From: the human T2T-CHM13v2.0 reference genome, Homo sapiens
Strand: one strand, 5' to 3'
Length of the DNA stretch: 64,000 nt
NCBI RefSeq assembly: GCF_009914755.1
Contig: NC_060947.1
Part shown: positions 43,333 through 57,225 of the stretch, piece by piece
How the letters are laid out: each line of letters starts with the position of its first letter
Position numbering within the stretch: the stretch's first letter is position 1
Translations under genes and position numbers: made by a program
The notes under the pieces: generated by a model
What the model was told of the DNA's origin: nothing
The model's input: only the letters and a program-made list of their open reading frames with translations
The model's database searches: none

Positions 43333-43689
43333 TGTATTAGTCTGCTCTCACACTATTAACAAAGACATATCTGAGACTGGGTGATTTATAAAGGAAAGAG
43401 GTTTAATGGACTCACCATTCTACATGGCGGGGGGGGGGCCTCACAATCATGGCAAAAGGCAAAGGAGAAGCAAAAACACATTCTACATGGCAGCAGGGAA
43501 GAGAGCTTCCTCAGGGGAACTCACATTTATAAAACTATCAGATCTTGTGAAACTTACTGATTATCAGGAGAACAGTATGGGGGATCCTCTTCCATGATTC
43601 AATTATCTGCACCTGGCTCCACCCTTGACATGTGGGGATTACCATAATTCAAGGTGAGATTTGGGTGGGGACACAGCCAAACCATGTCA
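43333..43689 (-). mobile_element. THE1 (THE1C-like) MaLR solo LTR, sense to DMD
   Basis: TGTATTAGTC...AAACCATGTCA, 357 bp, perfect 5-bp TSD ATTAC (43328-43332 / 43690-43694). Confidence 0.92.
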
Positions 43690-44866
43690 ATTACTTTTGT
43701 AAAAAATTATTTAATAAGGAAAACTACTGTACCAGCTCATCTTCCTACCACAAAATGTTGTTGAGAAATTACACTTTGCATATTTTAATAATGAATCATT
43801 ATTATTCTGGTATAACATATCTAAAGCCATCAGTGAAAAATGCTCTGAAGAGTTTTCTTTGGCAATATCACTTAATGGTTGGGTGGAAATCAAGAACTTT
43901 TAACACATATTTTTTTTGTGCTCTTCTGCACTTTAAAACAGTTTCCAGGAATCGAGAGTATTCCAAATACTTCACGGAAAAATATAACAGGTGTGAGTAA
44001 TGTATAACGTGGAAAAAGATTAAGGTTTGTATCAGATTCTATGTGTTTTAAATTAATTTACATTTATATTTACTATTTTGCATTCACATCAAAGTATAGA
44101 CACAAACACCTGACCGGTAAAATACATCATTTTTCTAATAATCCTTTTATGTATTATAAAACCATGCTCTTCATATAACATGTTCCCTGTGGTGAAAGAA
44201 AACAAACACATTCAATTCCCTTATGTGTTAATTTAGTATCTAAGCACATCTTGACCTAATTTCACACAAGATTACTTTCCTTATTCTTTCAATCTCTGAA
44301 TGTTAATTTCAAATGTATATGTTTTAATATTAAGATAAGCAAAAGTGTCTGTTTTAGAAATAAACATATTAAGATGGATTTCATAACACAAAACATTTTA
44401 GAAAAATTAAAGTGTTAAGCATAAAAATAGTAAGAAGAACTGGAATAAAATATTGGCGTGGGGAAGCCTTTTAGAAGCAAAAAAAGAATATAAAAAGATT
44501 GAATATAATATGCGTATTCACTTATAAATTAAAGCCACTAATCAAAATTAAAACAAATGACAACTGGGAATATTTGCAGCATATATCAGACACAGGGTAA
44601 TAATTTTAGCATATAAAAAAATCTTTTAATGAGTAAAAAAAGGAAAAATCTACTGGAAAACTGGATAAAGAACATAAAAAGAAATTGACAAAAATGTAAA
44701 CAGCCAATAAACAAGAAAAAATCCAGACAGTTAGTAATCAATGAAATGCAAAGGAAAACAGCAATGTTATACTATTATTTATCTATTATATTAGTTTCTG
44801 TAAAAGGTCTTTGTCAAAGTTCTGGAAAACAAGCAATTTTATGATCTTCCTTGGAGCCCTATTATA

Positions 44867-46092
44867 CAGTCATTCACCACATTTCAGTCAACAGACTGAC
44901 TGTGATCCTATGAGATTACAATGGAGCTGAAAAATTCCTATTACCTAGTGATGTCACAGTGCAATGAATTACTCTCACGTTTGTGGTGATGCTGGTGTAA
45001 GCAAACCTACTGCACTGCCAGTTATATAAAAATACAGCACAGACAAGTATGTACAGTATGCAATACTTGATAATGATAATAAACAACTGTTATTGGTTTA
45101 TGTATTTACTATATTCTTAATTAGTTCAAAAGAAGGCATTGTTATCCTATGAGATGATAGTTTCATGAATGTTTCATTGCCCCTGAAGACCTTCCAGTGG
45201 GGGACAGCATGTGGAAGTGGAAGACAGTGATATTGATGATCCTGACCCATGTAGGCCTAGGCTCATGTGCGTGTTTGTGTTTTACTTTTTAACAGAAAAG
45301 CTTAAACAGCAAAAATATTAAAAATAAGAAAGCTGCTACAATAAGGATATAAAATATTTTTGTACGGGTGTTCAACGTGTTCATGTTTTAAGCTAAGTGT
45401 TATTACAGAGTCAAAAACTTAAAAAAAAAGTTTATAAAGTAAAAAAGTTACTATAAGCTAAGGTTAACTTATCATTAATGAAAATAAATGGGCCAGGCGC
45501 GGTGGCTCACGCCTGTAATCCCAGCACTTTGGGAGGCCGAGGCGGGTGGATCACAAGGTCAGGAGATCGGGACCATCCTGGCTAACACGGTGAAACCCCA
45601 TCTCTACTAAAAATACAAAAAAAAAAAAAAAAGATAAAAATGTGTCCTCATAAATTTAGTGCAGCCTAACTATACAGTGTTTGTAAACTGTATGGTACCG
45701 TACAATAATGTCTTAGATTTCACATTTGCTCACCACTACCACTCACTCACCGACTCACCCAGAGCAACTTTGAGTCCTGCAAGCTCCATTCATGGTAAAT
45801 ACCGTATGCAGCTGTACTATTTTTTATCATTTGTATACTGTATTTTTACGGTACATTTTCTGTGTCTAGATACACAAATATTGTTGTGTGACAATTGACT
45901 ACAGTATTCAGTAAAGTCACATGCAGTACAGGTTTGTAGCCTAGGAGCAATATGCTGTACCATATAGCCTGGATGTGCAGTAGGCTATACCATCTATCTT
46001 TGTGTAAGTACACCCTATGATTATACAACAACAAAATCACCTAATGACACATTTTTCAGAACATATCTCATTTGTTAAGAAATGCATGACTA
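44867..46092 (-). mobile_element. Tigger3b (MER7B-like) non-autonomous DNA transposon
   Basis: CAGTCAT...ATGACT ends with TA flanks; Tigger3 motifs (gtaggctataccatcta...tgtgtaagtacac). Confidence 0.8.
45491..45632 (+). mobile_element. AluY left arm only, nested in Tigger3b
   Basis: AluY diagnostics (accatcctggctaacacggtg). Ends at AAAAATAC followed by a pure A run. Confidence 0.88.
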
Positions 46093-46129
46093 TATATGTT
46101 GCTAGTAATTTGGTAATTCAGACCGAAAA

Positions 46130-47710
46130 GTTAAGCTTCTACCCTGGAAACTACAAACACTACTGAGACAGTGAAGAAAATGTAAACAAATAGAGGACTA
46201 CCTTCTTCATGAATTAGAAAGTCCAATACTGTAAAGATATCTGCCCTCTCTTCAAATAATCTATAAATTCAATGCAATCTCAATCAAAATTGCAGCAACC
46301 ATTTCTTAGTAGAAATTGACATGCCAATCCTAAGATTTATATGTAAGTGCAAAGGGCTAAGAATATCCAAGGCAACTTTGAAGAACGACGAAGTTTAAGA
46401 ATGTTTGCCACCAGACATGAATATTTATTATAATTAAGCCTGTGTGGGATTGAAGTGAGAACAAATCATCTATATAGCGTTTCCTAATTTATACGATGGT
46501 GTCACTTAAGTTGGAAAAGGATGATCTTTTCAGTAAATAGCACCAAGTTAACTGATTAGTCATTTGAAAAACATGAACCTTGACTCTCCACATCATACAC
46601 AAAACATAAATTCTAGATTGTTTGCAGACCTCAATGTAAAAGGCAAAAAAATAAAGTTTTCAAAAGAAAATATAGAAAAAAATCTCAACAATTTTAGGTT
46701 AATGTATTATTTTTTAAACAAGACATAAAAAGCATTAGCCATAAAGGAAAAGACTGATAAATCAAACTCCATTTATCAGGAAAGATTGTTAAGAGAAAAA
46801 AATAAAGCAAAGTTTAGGTTGGAAAAAGATATTCGCAATGCATAGATCTGACAAAGGACTTGTATCCAAATAACTTCTACATCAGTAAGAAAAAGACAAC
46901 TATTATTTTTAATGGGCAAAAGATTTGCATAATGACTTCACATAAGAGGATATAAAAATGGCACTAATCGTCAGGTGATTGCAAATTAAAACACAATGAA
47001 ATACCATTTCACATTCACCTAAATGGTTAAAAGGATAAAGGTTGAAAATACATACTCTTGATGAATATGTGGATCAACTAGAAGTCTTATATACTGCTGG
47101 TGAAAATGAACTGAAATGACCACACTGAAAAACTGTTTTTTGGTGATTCCAAAGCCAAATGTACACATCTTATGACCTAGCCATTGTACTTCCACGTATA
47201 TTAAAAATAAATATATACATATATGCAGCAAAGGACAGGAACATCACACCAGCATTTTTCCTAATAGCCCCATAATAGACACAGCCCAATGTCCATTGAT
47301 TAGCAGAATGGATAAACTGTGGCATATTCACACAATAGAATACCATACATAGAAAAACTAAACTAACTATGGCACAGGCAATAGCATAGAATAATATCAC
47401 AAAAATAATGTTGAGCAGGACATGTCAAATACAAGGGCATATACTGGATGATTCTGTTTATAGTAATTTCAAAGTCAAAACTAATCTAGGTGTTAGAAGT
47501 CAAAAGAGTGCTTATCTTTGGGAGAGGGTGGTGGCAGGGGAGAGGCTCATAACTGGGAGGGAACATGAGAGGGGCTCCTGAGGTAATGTTCTAATTCTTG
47601 AACTTGGTGGTAGTAGCATGGATACACTAAGCTTTTTTTTAAAAATCCCTGAATTTCTATTCTTATGATTTGTGTACTTTTCTATGTGTCTTTATACTTC
47701 AGTTTAGAAA
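46130..47710 (+). mobile_element. Ancient L1M (MC/MD/ME-type) ORF2 3' region and 3'UTR
   Basis: Decayed motifs (tataaattcaatgcaatctcaatcaaaat; tctgacaaaggacttgtatcca; gaatggataaactgtggcatattc). Confidence 0.7.
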
Positions 47711-48048
47711 ATTTGATAAAACTACTTTAAAAGCCTTAAGATTACTCATTCCCTTCAACTCCAAAATGCTACTTCTATGAATTTTCCTAGGGGAATATCA
47801 GAGATAAACACAGAGACCTATGACAAGAATGTTCAATTATGTCACTCTGGCGAAAAAGTGAAACGAAATCTCCCCAAATAGAATAAACTGCTTTTACATA
47901 ATGAAATATGTTGCGTCCATTAAAGTAAATATTATGAAAAACATCCTATTACACTGAAAAATATTAATGACATATTAAAAATATATTAAAAATAAATTAT
48001 GGTTTTGATTTTGTATGCATATTTTACATATCAGTATCGACACACAGC

Positions 48049-49027
48049 AAAGGACATGAATAGATATTTCTCTAAAGCAAACATACAAATGGCTAACAAG
48101 CATATGAAAAAAAAAAATGATCAACCTCACTAATCAGCAGGGAAATGCAAATCAAAGCCAAAATAAGATATCATCTTATACCTGTTAGAATGACTATTAT
48201 CAAAAAGACAAAAGAAAAGTGTTGGCCAGAATGTGGAGAAAAGAGAACCCTTGTACAATGTTGATGGGAATGTAAATTAGTATAATTATTGTGGAAAACA
48301 GTATGGAAGATCCACAAAACATTAAAAATAGAACTACCATATGATTTAGCAATCTTATCTCTGGGCATATATCCAAAAGAACTGAAATCAGTATTTTGAA
48401 GAGATATCTGCCCTCTCATGTTTACTGCGGCACTATTTGCAATAGCCAAGATATGGAATCAACCTAAATGTCCATCAATAAATGAACGGTTAAAGAAATT
48501 GCGGTATATAAACACAATGGAACTCTATTCAGCCTTAGGAAAGAAAGAAATCCTGTCATTTGCAACAACACGGATTGAACTGGAAGACATGATGTCAAGT
48601 GAAATAAGCTAGGCAAAGAAAGGCAAATACTGTATGATTTCACTTATATGTGAAATCTAAAAATGTCAAACTCAGAGAAACAGAGAAAAATGGTGGTTAT
48701 TAGATCCTGGGGGTGGGGTGATTTGGGAGATATTGATGAAAAGATACACAATTTCAGTTTGACAGGAGGAATAAATCCTAGTTATCTGTTGTAACTCAGG
48801 GTGACTACTGTTAGTAACAATAACGTATACTTGGAAATTACTAAAAGTAGATTTTAAGTGTTCTTACCACAAAAAATAATAAGTATGTAAGGTAATGAAT
48901 ATGTTCTATAGCTTGATTTAGTCATTCTGCAATGTTTATTTCACAATATGTGATATTTCACAATATCACATTGTACACCATGACAATAATACAATTTTTA
49001 TTTGTCAATTTTTTAGAAAATTTAAAA
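48049..49027 (+). mobile_element. L1MA 3' fragment
   Basis: ORF 48418..48612 ([20 protein letters not shown]) is the ORF2 C-terminus, followed by an L1MA 3'UTR. Confidence 0.85.
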
Positions 49028-49548
49028 ATTTACACATAGATTTTCATATTTGTGAATGATTAGAAATACATGCACACTTTAGTAACCTTGAAAGGAGTAT
49101 TATAAATTATACATGATTTTAATGTAATTTTTAATATTTTTGTCCCTTTTCAAAGTTACCACTCAGAAAGAATATTATATGTTTTATATGTTAAATAGAA
49201 ATAAATAATAAGTAGTACTGGTTTGGTGGCTATTCCTCTGAAATATTAGCAACAATAAAATTACTATTATAACTTAGGTTTACAACATATTTCAGGTACT
49301 TCATGATGGATTTTACTTATATTCACTTTCTTATTCTACCCATGATCCTATGAAGTACATAACATTTTCTAAAATTATCAAGTGAGGATATTAAGGATCA
49401 ACAATATAAATAATATTCATAAGGTTACTAGTAAGTAACAAAGATGGCACTAAATATCCAGGTTTTACTGACTTCATATTCTACTCTTTCCTTCCCTCTT
49501 CCCTCCCAAAACATACTTTCCAGTATCTTTCAAAATTGACATCATCTG

Positions 49549-49914
<366 letters not shown>

Positions 49915-52900
49915 TTATTTGTGTGAGTACAGTCTATACCCTTAATACTTAGTATCATTAAAGCAATATACATTGAGAAGTCAACTTCAATAAGAAATAA
50001 TATAAATGAAATGCATGCAAGTAAACATATTTTGAAAATGAATATTAATATGAATATTTTGAAAATTAAAACATTACTGTTTGCCATTTGTTAATTTTAT
50101 GGGGACTAGAAGAACAGTTAGAATGCTTATCAAATGCATTTTTGGATTATGATTAATCCAAAATCATGTTTAAATTATCATGATATAATTGTGATAAGCA
50201 TCTTCTCTATTTTGGTTGGCTTGTCATTTATTTTATAATAGAAGCATAGATAACATAAGTTGTTATAAAGATTAAAAATAATAATAGGGAATTTTCAATT
50301 CCAATAAGTAATAATTTACATGATATTTTAGCATTATTTTCAAAAAATTTAATGTAAATGCTGAATTCGGAAACTTCTGTACTTAAAAAATAAAGACTTG
50401 ATTGAATTTTAACTTAATTTTAAAATCCTATCTCACACAATTCCTAACTAAATACCAGATGAATGAAATGTTACATGTAAAAAAATTGAACTATAAAAGT
50501 AATGAAAATATGGGAGGCTATTCTTATAATTTTAATTTAAAAGCCATAAAGTAATGACTTACATTCATAGCAGTATAAAATTTCTTTACATAAAAAATCA
50601 AACAAGCCAAAGAAAAAGGCAAAAACAATTCATCTTTTTGACACTCTTAAGATAAAAACATTCTCACAAATCAGTAGAAAAAAAGACAAATACTCAATTA
50701 AAAAGGATAATGAGGAATAGACCATTTAGGAAAGAACTATAACTGACCTATGTATAGGCCTATTAAAATTGTTTGACTTCACTAGGAAAATTCAAACGGG
50801 GAGGTGTAATATTGCACCTATTGATTTAACAAAGATTTAAAACACTATCTTGCACTGCAATACAATAGTCTCATACAACAGAAATTGTGTGGTGAATTGG
50901 GTCTTCTCATTACTGATAGCAAGCAAATAAAATGAAATATCTCTGGGAGTGGGGTTGGGTGTCGATGAGGTAGGTTTTTGTAGTTCATATCTAAAGTCTA
51001 AAACATTTTAGTGCACTTAGACCAGAGATTTTACTTTTAAAATTTCAAAAAAATTTTCTGCAATGAATATGTGCTTCTTTTAAAAAAGAAAATCATTATT
51101 TTAAATATAGGTACACATGTATACTTCTATAGAAAGAGGTTTATGTATGTAGTGCCTAAAATGTGCCCAACATATCTATCAACAACATCTAATAACAACT
51201 CTATAATACAGGTAGTATTATTGTTCCCAGTGTACGCATGTGACTTGTACAAGGTCAGATAGCTGTGAAATGGTAACCAAGCTAGGATTTGAACCCAAGA
51301 AGTTAGGCTTTGAAGCCTATCCTGTTAACCACTGTACTATTTTACCTCTCATTCCCTTTAGCTATATGACTTTGAGAAAATATACTATATGAGTGCAAAA
51401 GAAGGTTTGCTTTTTGTTTACACAATTTCACAAAATAAATTCCTTTAGGTACTGACTGGAGCTTACTACAATTTCTTCATAACTTTGAAAGTAAGTGGGA
51501 TGATAGAGCCCTATTTTCCTTGCCACTATCAAATTCAGTTTTCAAAACTGCCACTCATTGATTCTCTTGCTTAAAATTGTGTGACTGATTTCCAATAGCC
51601 TCCAACTTCTTTAGCCTGCCTTTATCTAAAAAAATGGTTCTTAACAATCTGACGCTATCTTCCATTCTTCAAATCTTCCTAATAACAAAGCACTTCTTTT
51701 GGTCTGTTCCTCTGACATTGTGTACTCTGCCATTAAAATGTCTTCTTTTCCCTCAATAAAATATCTCTTTTCCTTATCGACACATATAAAACTCTTCCCA
51801 ATCCTTCATGTTTTGGGTAATAAAAGTTCCACCTCCTCAGAGAAGATTGCTTAATCCCTCTGGAAGGAAATAATGATTCTATCTAATAAACTCTAGCATT
51901 AATTACCTGGGCTACTTCATTAGACACCGTCAGTTATTACTTTTTTCTTTATTTTACTGTTCTCTTCCAACTTATGTCTTCTTTCTTCTCTTGTCTCTCC
52001 CCAAAAGCTAGAATACTCACACATACACACAGCCACAATTGAATTTTACATCTTTATATACCGTTAGTAACTTTTCTTACATGATATAGCATTTGTTAAA
52101 TGAACAATCATACAAAACAATCAATCATTCGCTAATAAAACAGAAAAGAGAAGGTAAATCTCCTAAAAACGCTTATGTTCTTGTACACTTTGAAAACGCT
52201 TATGTCCTTATACATGACATTTCCAACTCTGTTTCCCATTTTAGGCTATGTGTGAATATCCAAGTTCACTAGCACAGTCAGAACAGGTGTTACTTGGCGG
52301 CTGGACTAGTGAAATTTGATGTGAGGAATACAGAGTAGAAGAGGGTAGACCCTCTTGAGGGTCAGTCAAGAGGACTAAGGAATAAAATTCTTGATATGTT
52401 TTCTGTTAGTTAGCTTGATGTCATGGATTCTGGGGCTGGAGACAGGGCTAGGTATTAATTAATTGCAGGACTAGTGGTAATATCCGTGTAATTAATTCAA
52501 TCAATATTTACCTAGTAGCTATTTTGTTCCAGCCGCTGCCCTGTATTGCTTCTGTAGTTGACTGAAGTTGGCCATTGTATGGCTACGTGTAAGTCTCCAA
52601 TGCCAATATCCCTCTACCTTGAAAATAGCTAAATAACAGCGCACTCTGAATGCATTTTAGGCAAATATTCTGTTGCCCCCAACCAAAAATCACCTCCCCC
52701 AAATTAGTAATACCAATTAAATAATTCATGTAAACCATTATCTTCTTTTGGATAAAATGCACGTAGTATGAAATATTTGGAGAGTTCATTTTGCCTCACA
52801 CATTTCTTAACAACAATAAATTAATGTCACTGGAGAACTAGACTTAGCAAAGATATCTTCCCAGGCACAAAACTCGATTATTTTTACAACTGGTCTCGTG

Positions 52901-53829
52901 GTAAAATATCCCTCACTAGGAGGTCATTTATTTTCTTTCCCTCTGGAAATTTAATAAAATAATGATGAATATATGACTGAAAAATACATTGTGGTTATAT
53001 GCCACCAGATATTTTAAAACTATAAATCCATATACAATGTAAAAGTGACTAATTACAAATCATTTTTATGACATTCAGCCCCCAGTGGCATAGCTCTCGG
53101 AATATTACTTTAAAAGTAAGTGGATTTCCTTTTTAAAGCATGTGGATTTTACTTACGATGCTTATACATCTATATTTCCTACATTGTTTCCAGTTTTAAG
53201 TATCTGATAACAGTGAAGTCCCCTGTGTCAAATCACAGTGTATGTTAGTTTTATTGCATAACCACTTCATTACCACACATGGATTTTGTTATTTTTCTCA
53301 AGACCTCAAACATATAATACATTACGAGGTAAATGAACATTTCTAGCAAGATTTCAAAGTCAGTAAAATTTGATGTACAATAAATAGGTTGGCAGTCCTT
53401 GGAGAACTCTGCCCTTATTACCACACTAAAACCATATTGACTTTTCAGTAAACTTTGGTGTTCATGAGCAGCACTGTTATTCATTAATTTATTTGTTTGC
53501 AGTATAAGCATCTAACTCCATGGTCAAAGAATACTTAATAATATACGTGAGTACATGGATAATATTTTCTGACTGTTCACCTTGATCTAAACCTACCCTA
53601 AAGTTAGGTAACAAGCCCTTTAATGGCTCCTGGAGGCATTAGACAAATGAAGTGAATAGGTGACATTGATTTGCTCAAACCTCAATAGTTCTAAAATGGA
53701 TTTTATAGGGATTTATACCCATCTAACTATCCACCTACCCACAAACTCTTCACTAAATAATGTGATTTTGGTCACATACTGTTTAAACCCTGAGGACAAT
53801 AAAATTTAAAGAAGTTAAATGTAATTTAA

Positions 53830-53833
53830 TCTC

Positions 53834-53907
<74 letters not shown>
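53830..53907. repeat. Compound (TC)n(CA)n microsatellite
   Basis: Read directly. Confidence 0.93.
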
Positions 53908-54445
53908 CACAGAATGTGTTGTTACAAATTAACCCCGTATTTTTCTCCCTCTCTCCCTCCCTCCCAGCCGTACTCTAAACAAAGGCTCTACAAAGTAGCA
54001 CTAAACAAGGGCTACTTTATTCCCACACTCTCCAATCAGAAATCTTTGATCTTATTTGCTTGAAGGACCTTAGCATCAGCCTGGCTGATACAGAAAAATG
54101 TCCCTTGGATTCGTAGGAAATATCATTTTTAATATTTTTGTTTGCTCATTTTGTTCATTTGTTTGATAAAAATTCAAGGAAAACTAAGTCATGATCTGTA
54201 CAGTTTTACCCAAGCAACAAGAACCATAACAAATAACAATAACTTGATATTTATTTAGGCCCTGAGGTGTCTGTTAAAATTTGGTTTCTTAATAGAATTT
54301 AAAAAAAAAAAACAGTCTCCTTCTTTTTACTTTTATATAAATCACTGTACTTCAGAATATGGATTTCAGGGGGGGAAAGAAAGGGAAAACTACACCACAT
54401 AATCACGTATCCTCAAATTCAGAAGTTTCATTTAAGAAACAATTT

Positions 54446-54622
54446 AGCTGGGGATGGTGGTGCCTGCCTATAATCCTAGCACTTTGGGAGGCCGAGGAAG
54501 GAGGACTGCTTGAGCCCAGGAGTTGGATACCAGCCTGGGAGGCAACATAGTGAGATTGTTGTTTCAAAAAAAACAAAACAAAAAAAAAAAGAAGAAGAAA
54601 GAAAGAAAGAAAAAAGAAAAAC
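54446..54622 (+). mobile_element. Free left Alu monomer (FLAM)
   Basis: Diverged monomer plus A-rich tail; flanks AAACAATTT / AAGCAATTT. Confidence 0.75.
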
Positions 54623-55667
54623 AAAGCAATTTATCAAAATGTAACTTTAAATTTAAATGTATTAAACTTAAATACAATTTAAATATCAGTTCCTTAGTTG
54701 CACTTACCACATTTCCAATGCTCAAAACCCACATTGTATTAGACAGGGCAGAGAAAGACCATACTCATTATAAAAAAGTTATCTTGAACAGTGTTACAAG
54801 CCGTACTACACTATTTGCTTATGCATCTAAAAAACTTGCCAATCTTCATGATTTTTTGAAAGCGTAACATTTTAGAAAATAATCAGTAGTGTTCAAATAT
54901 ATATACCAATTTGATAGTTTCAATAATATGACCATGAATTGCTGGTTTTAATTTCAATATTTTCTGTCTAGAAAGCTTGTTTTTCTCCAAAACTCATTCT
55001 CTAAAAAACAAAACAAAACAAAACAAAAATAGAAAACCACCACACTGAAAAGAAATCCTATTCCTTTGCCTTCATCTGAATGGAATCATTTTATTGTCAT
55101 GTTTAAACATATAAATATAAAAAAAATTTTCTATCAAATGGCATGACCTACATAACTCACATTTATCTTTTCTATGTGTAATATTCATATTGTTGCAATT
55201 TGATGCATTATTGTTATTTATACTATGAAGCAAATGCATATTGCTTATCCACTCAATGAAACATGGCTAACAAAGAAGAAAATCAGTATCCCTGGAACTT
55301 TTAACCTTACCAACAAGTAAAATAATAATATCATATAGAATTGCTACTCCTGGGAATGGTGATGCTTAGAAAGGTTTTGAACACAACATCGGGAAGAGTT
55401 GGCATTGGCATATGTGAAGTTGTAGCTTTACTAGCTGTGTGACGGTATGAGGAAAGTGAATACAATTCAAAGATGGGTTGGTCTCTTCCTGCTGGCCAGA
55501 AGAGAAGAGAGCAAAGAAAAAAAGAGAATATGGATATAAATTTGAAAAAGAAAAATACTTGATTTCTCTGGAAACAATAAAAAAATCAGGGCAAAAGTCA
55601 GGTGCCAAAATAGTTTTATATTCTGCGAGGATTGTTGCCATAACCCCATTTCAACAGGAGACTTGGG

Positions 55668-55995
55668 CAGAGGGCAGCAAACTATGGCTTATGGGTCACA
55701 TTCAGCCACCATATGTCTTTGTACAGTTTGAGAACTAACAATTGTTTTAACATTTGAAGAAACTGAAAATAATTAATAAATGGGTGAGACATGAATATTA
55801 TATGAAATTCAAATTTGTGTCCCCAAGTAAATTGTCACGGGACACAGCCATGCCCATTCGTTTATGTGTAGTTACGTATTAGGGCTGCTTTTGATCCACA
55901 ATAGCGGTGTTAAGTAGTCGTGGCAGAGACCTATTGGCCTGCAAAGCCTAAAACATTTACCATCTGGACCGTTATAGAAAGTTTGCTGACCTCTG
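55668..55995. mobile_element. MER58B-like hAT-Charlie MITE
   Basis: TIRs CAGAGGGCAGCAAAC / GTTTGCTGACCTCTG. Confidence 0.8.
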
Positions 55996-56559
55996 CTCTA
56001 GGTGTTCAAGGAGTTGTGGCCCAACCTCCAGTCCATCTAAGTCTTGGTCCTGCCTGTATTTCAGAGCCGCTTTAACGGGTGAGTTGGTGAGTGCAGTACA
56101 GGGCTTCAATGTACGAGAAATAAAAAAACTTTTAAATGCAGTATCCATTAATTTACCCAAATTGGAAAATGGACAAGACAGCATCCTTTGGTGGAAATTT
56201 TTTTAAATCCACGACCCTCCTGGTCTGTTTTTGGGACACTTTGTAGCCAGTATGTACAAATGTCTGATTTAGCTGGGCCATCCATCTGGGACCAGCTAGC
56301 TGAAGCTTGCAATCGCAGTTAGCTGAAATTTGAAACTTGAATATTTCAAGTGGTAGACATTTAGCAATAACAAATTATCTACATCATTATTTGATATCTT
56401 TTAATTTGCATTCCAAGAAGTTGTGCGTTTCCAAAGCAGTGAAAGAAAATAAAACAAAAATTTAAAAAATGGAAACGATATGTCAACATAAAAGCCAGAA
56501 AAAAATTAATTTTTAAAATACTATTATACCCTGTAAATTACGTGTAGCCTTGATGGGCA

Positions 56560-57225
56560 TAGAACTTCACCGGTTAATATGGTAGCCACTAACCACATGT
56601 AGCTATTGAGCACCCAGCCCAGAATATGCCTATTTGGAATAGACATATGCTGTAAAATACATATTGGATTCCGAAGGCATAGTACTGAAAAAAAAAAAGA
56701 ATCCAAAATATTTTAATTCATCCATGCATCACTTAATGACAGGAATACATTCTGAGAGATGTGTCATTAGGTGATTTTATCCTTATGCAAACATCATAGT
56801 GTGTACCTACACAAACCTAGGTGGTACATATAGCCTACTACACACCTAGGCTACATGATATAGCCTAATGCTCCTGGGCTGCAAATTTGTGCAGCACGTG
56901 ACTGTACTGAATACTACAGGAAATTCTAACATAGTGGCAAGTACTCGTGCATCTAAACATACCTAAACATAGAAAAAGGTATGGTAAACCTACTGTATTA
57001 TAATCCTATTAGATCACCAGTGTATATATAGTTTATCATGGACCAAAACCTCATTACACATAGCATGACTGTATTTTTGCACTGATTGCAACGTCAAAAT
57101 GATACAATTTTAGATACACTGGGTTAAATAAAACATATAATCCAAATAAATTTCACCTGTTTATTTTTACTATTTTAATGTGGCCATTAAGATTAAAATA
57201 ACATATGTGGCTCACATTACGCTCT
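56560..57225. mobile_element. MER3/MER33-like hAT MITE split by a Tigger3a insertion
   Basis: aatatggtagccactaaccacatgtagctattgagcac ... acatatgtggctcacatt on either side of the insert. Confidence 0.65.
56719..57071 (+). mobile_element. Tigger3a (MER7A-like)
   Basis: catgcatcacttaatgacaggaatacattctgag...gcatgactg|TA, ~350 bp. Confidence 0.8.
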
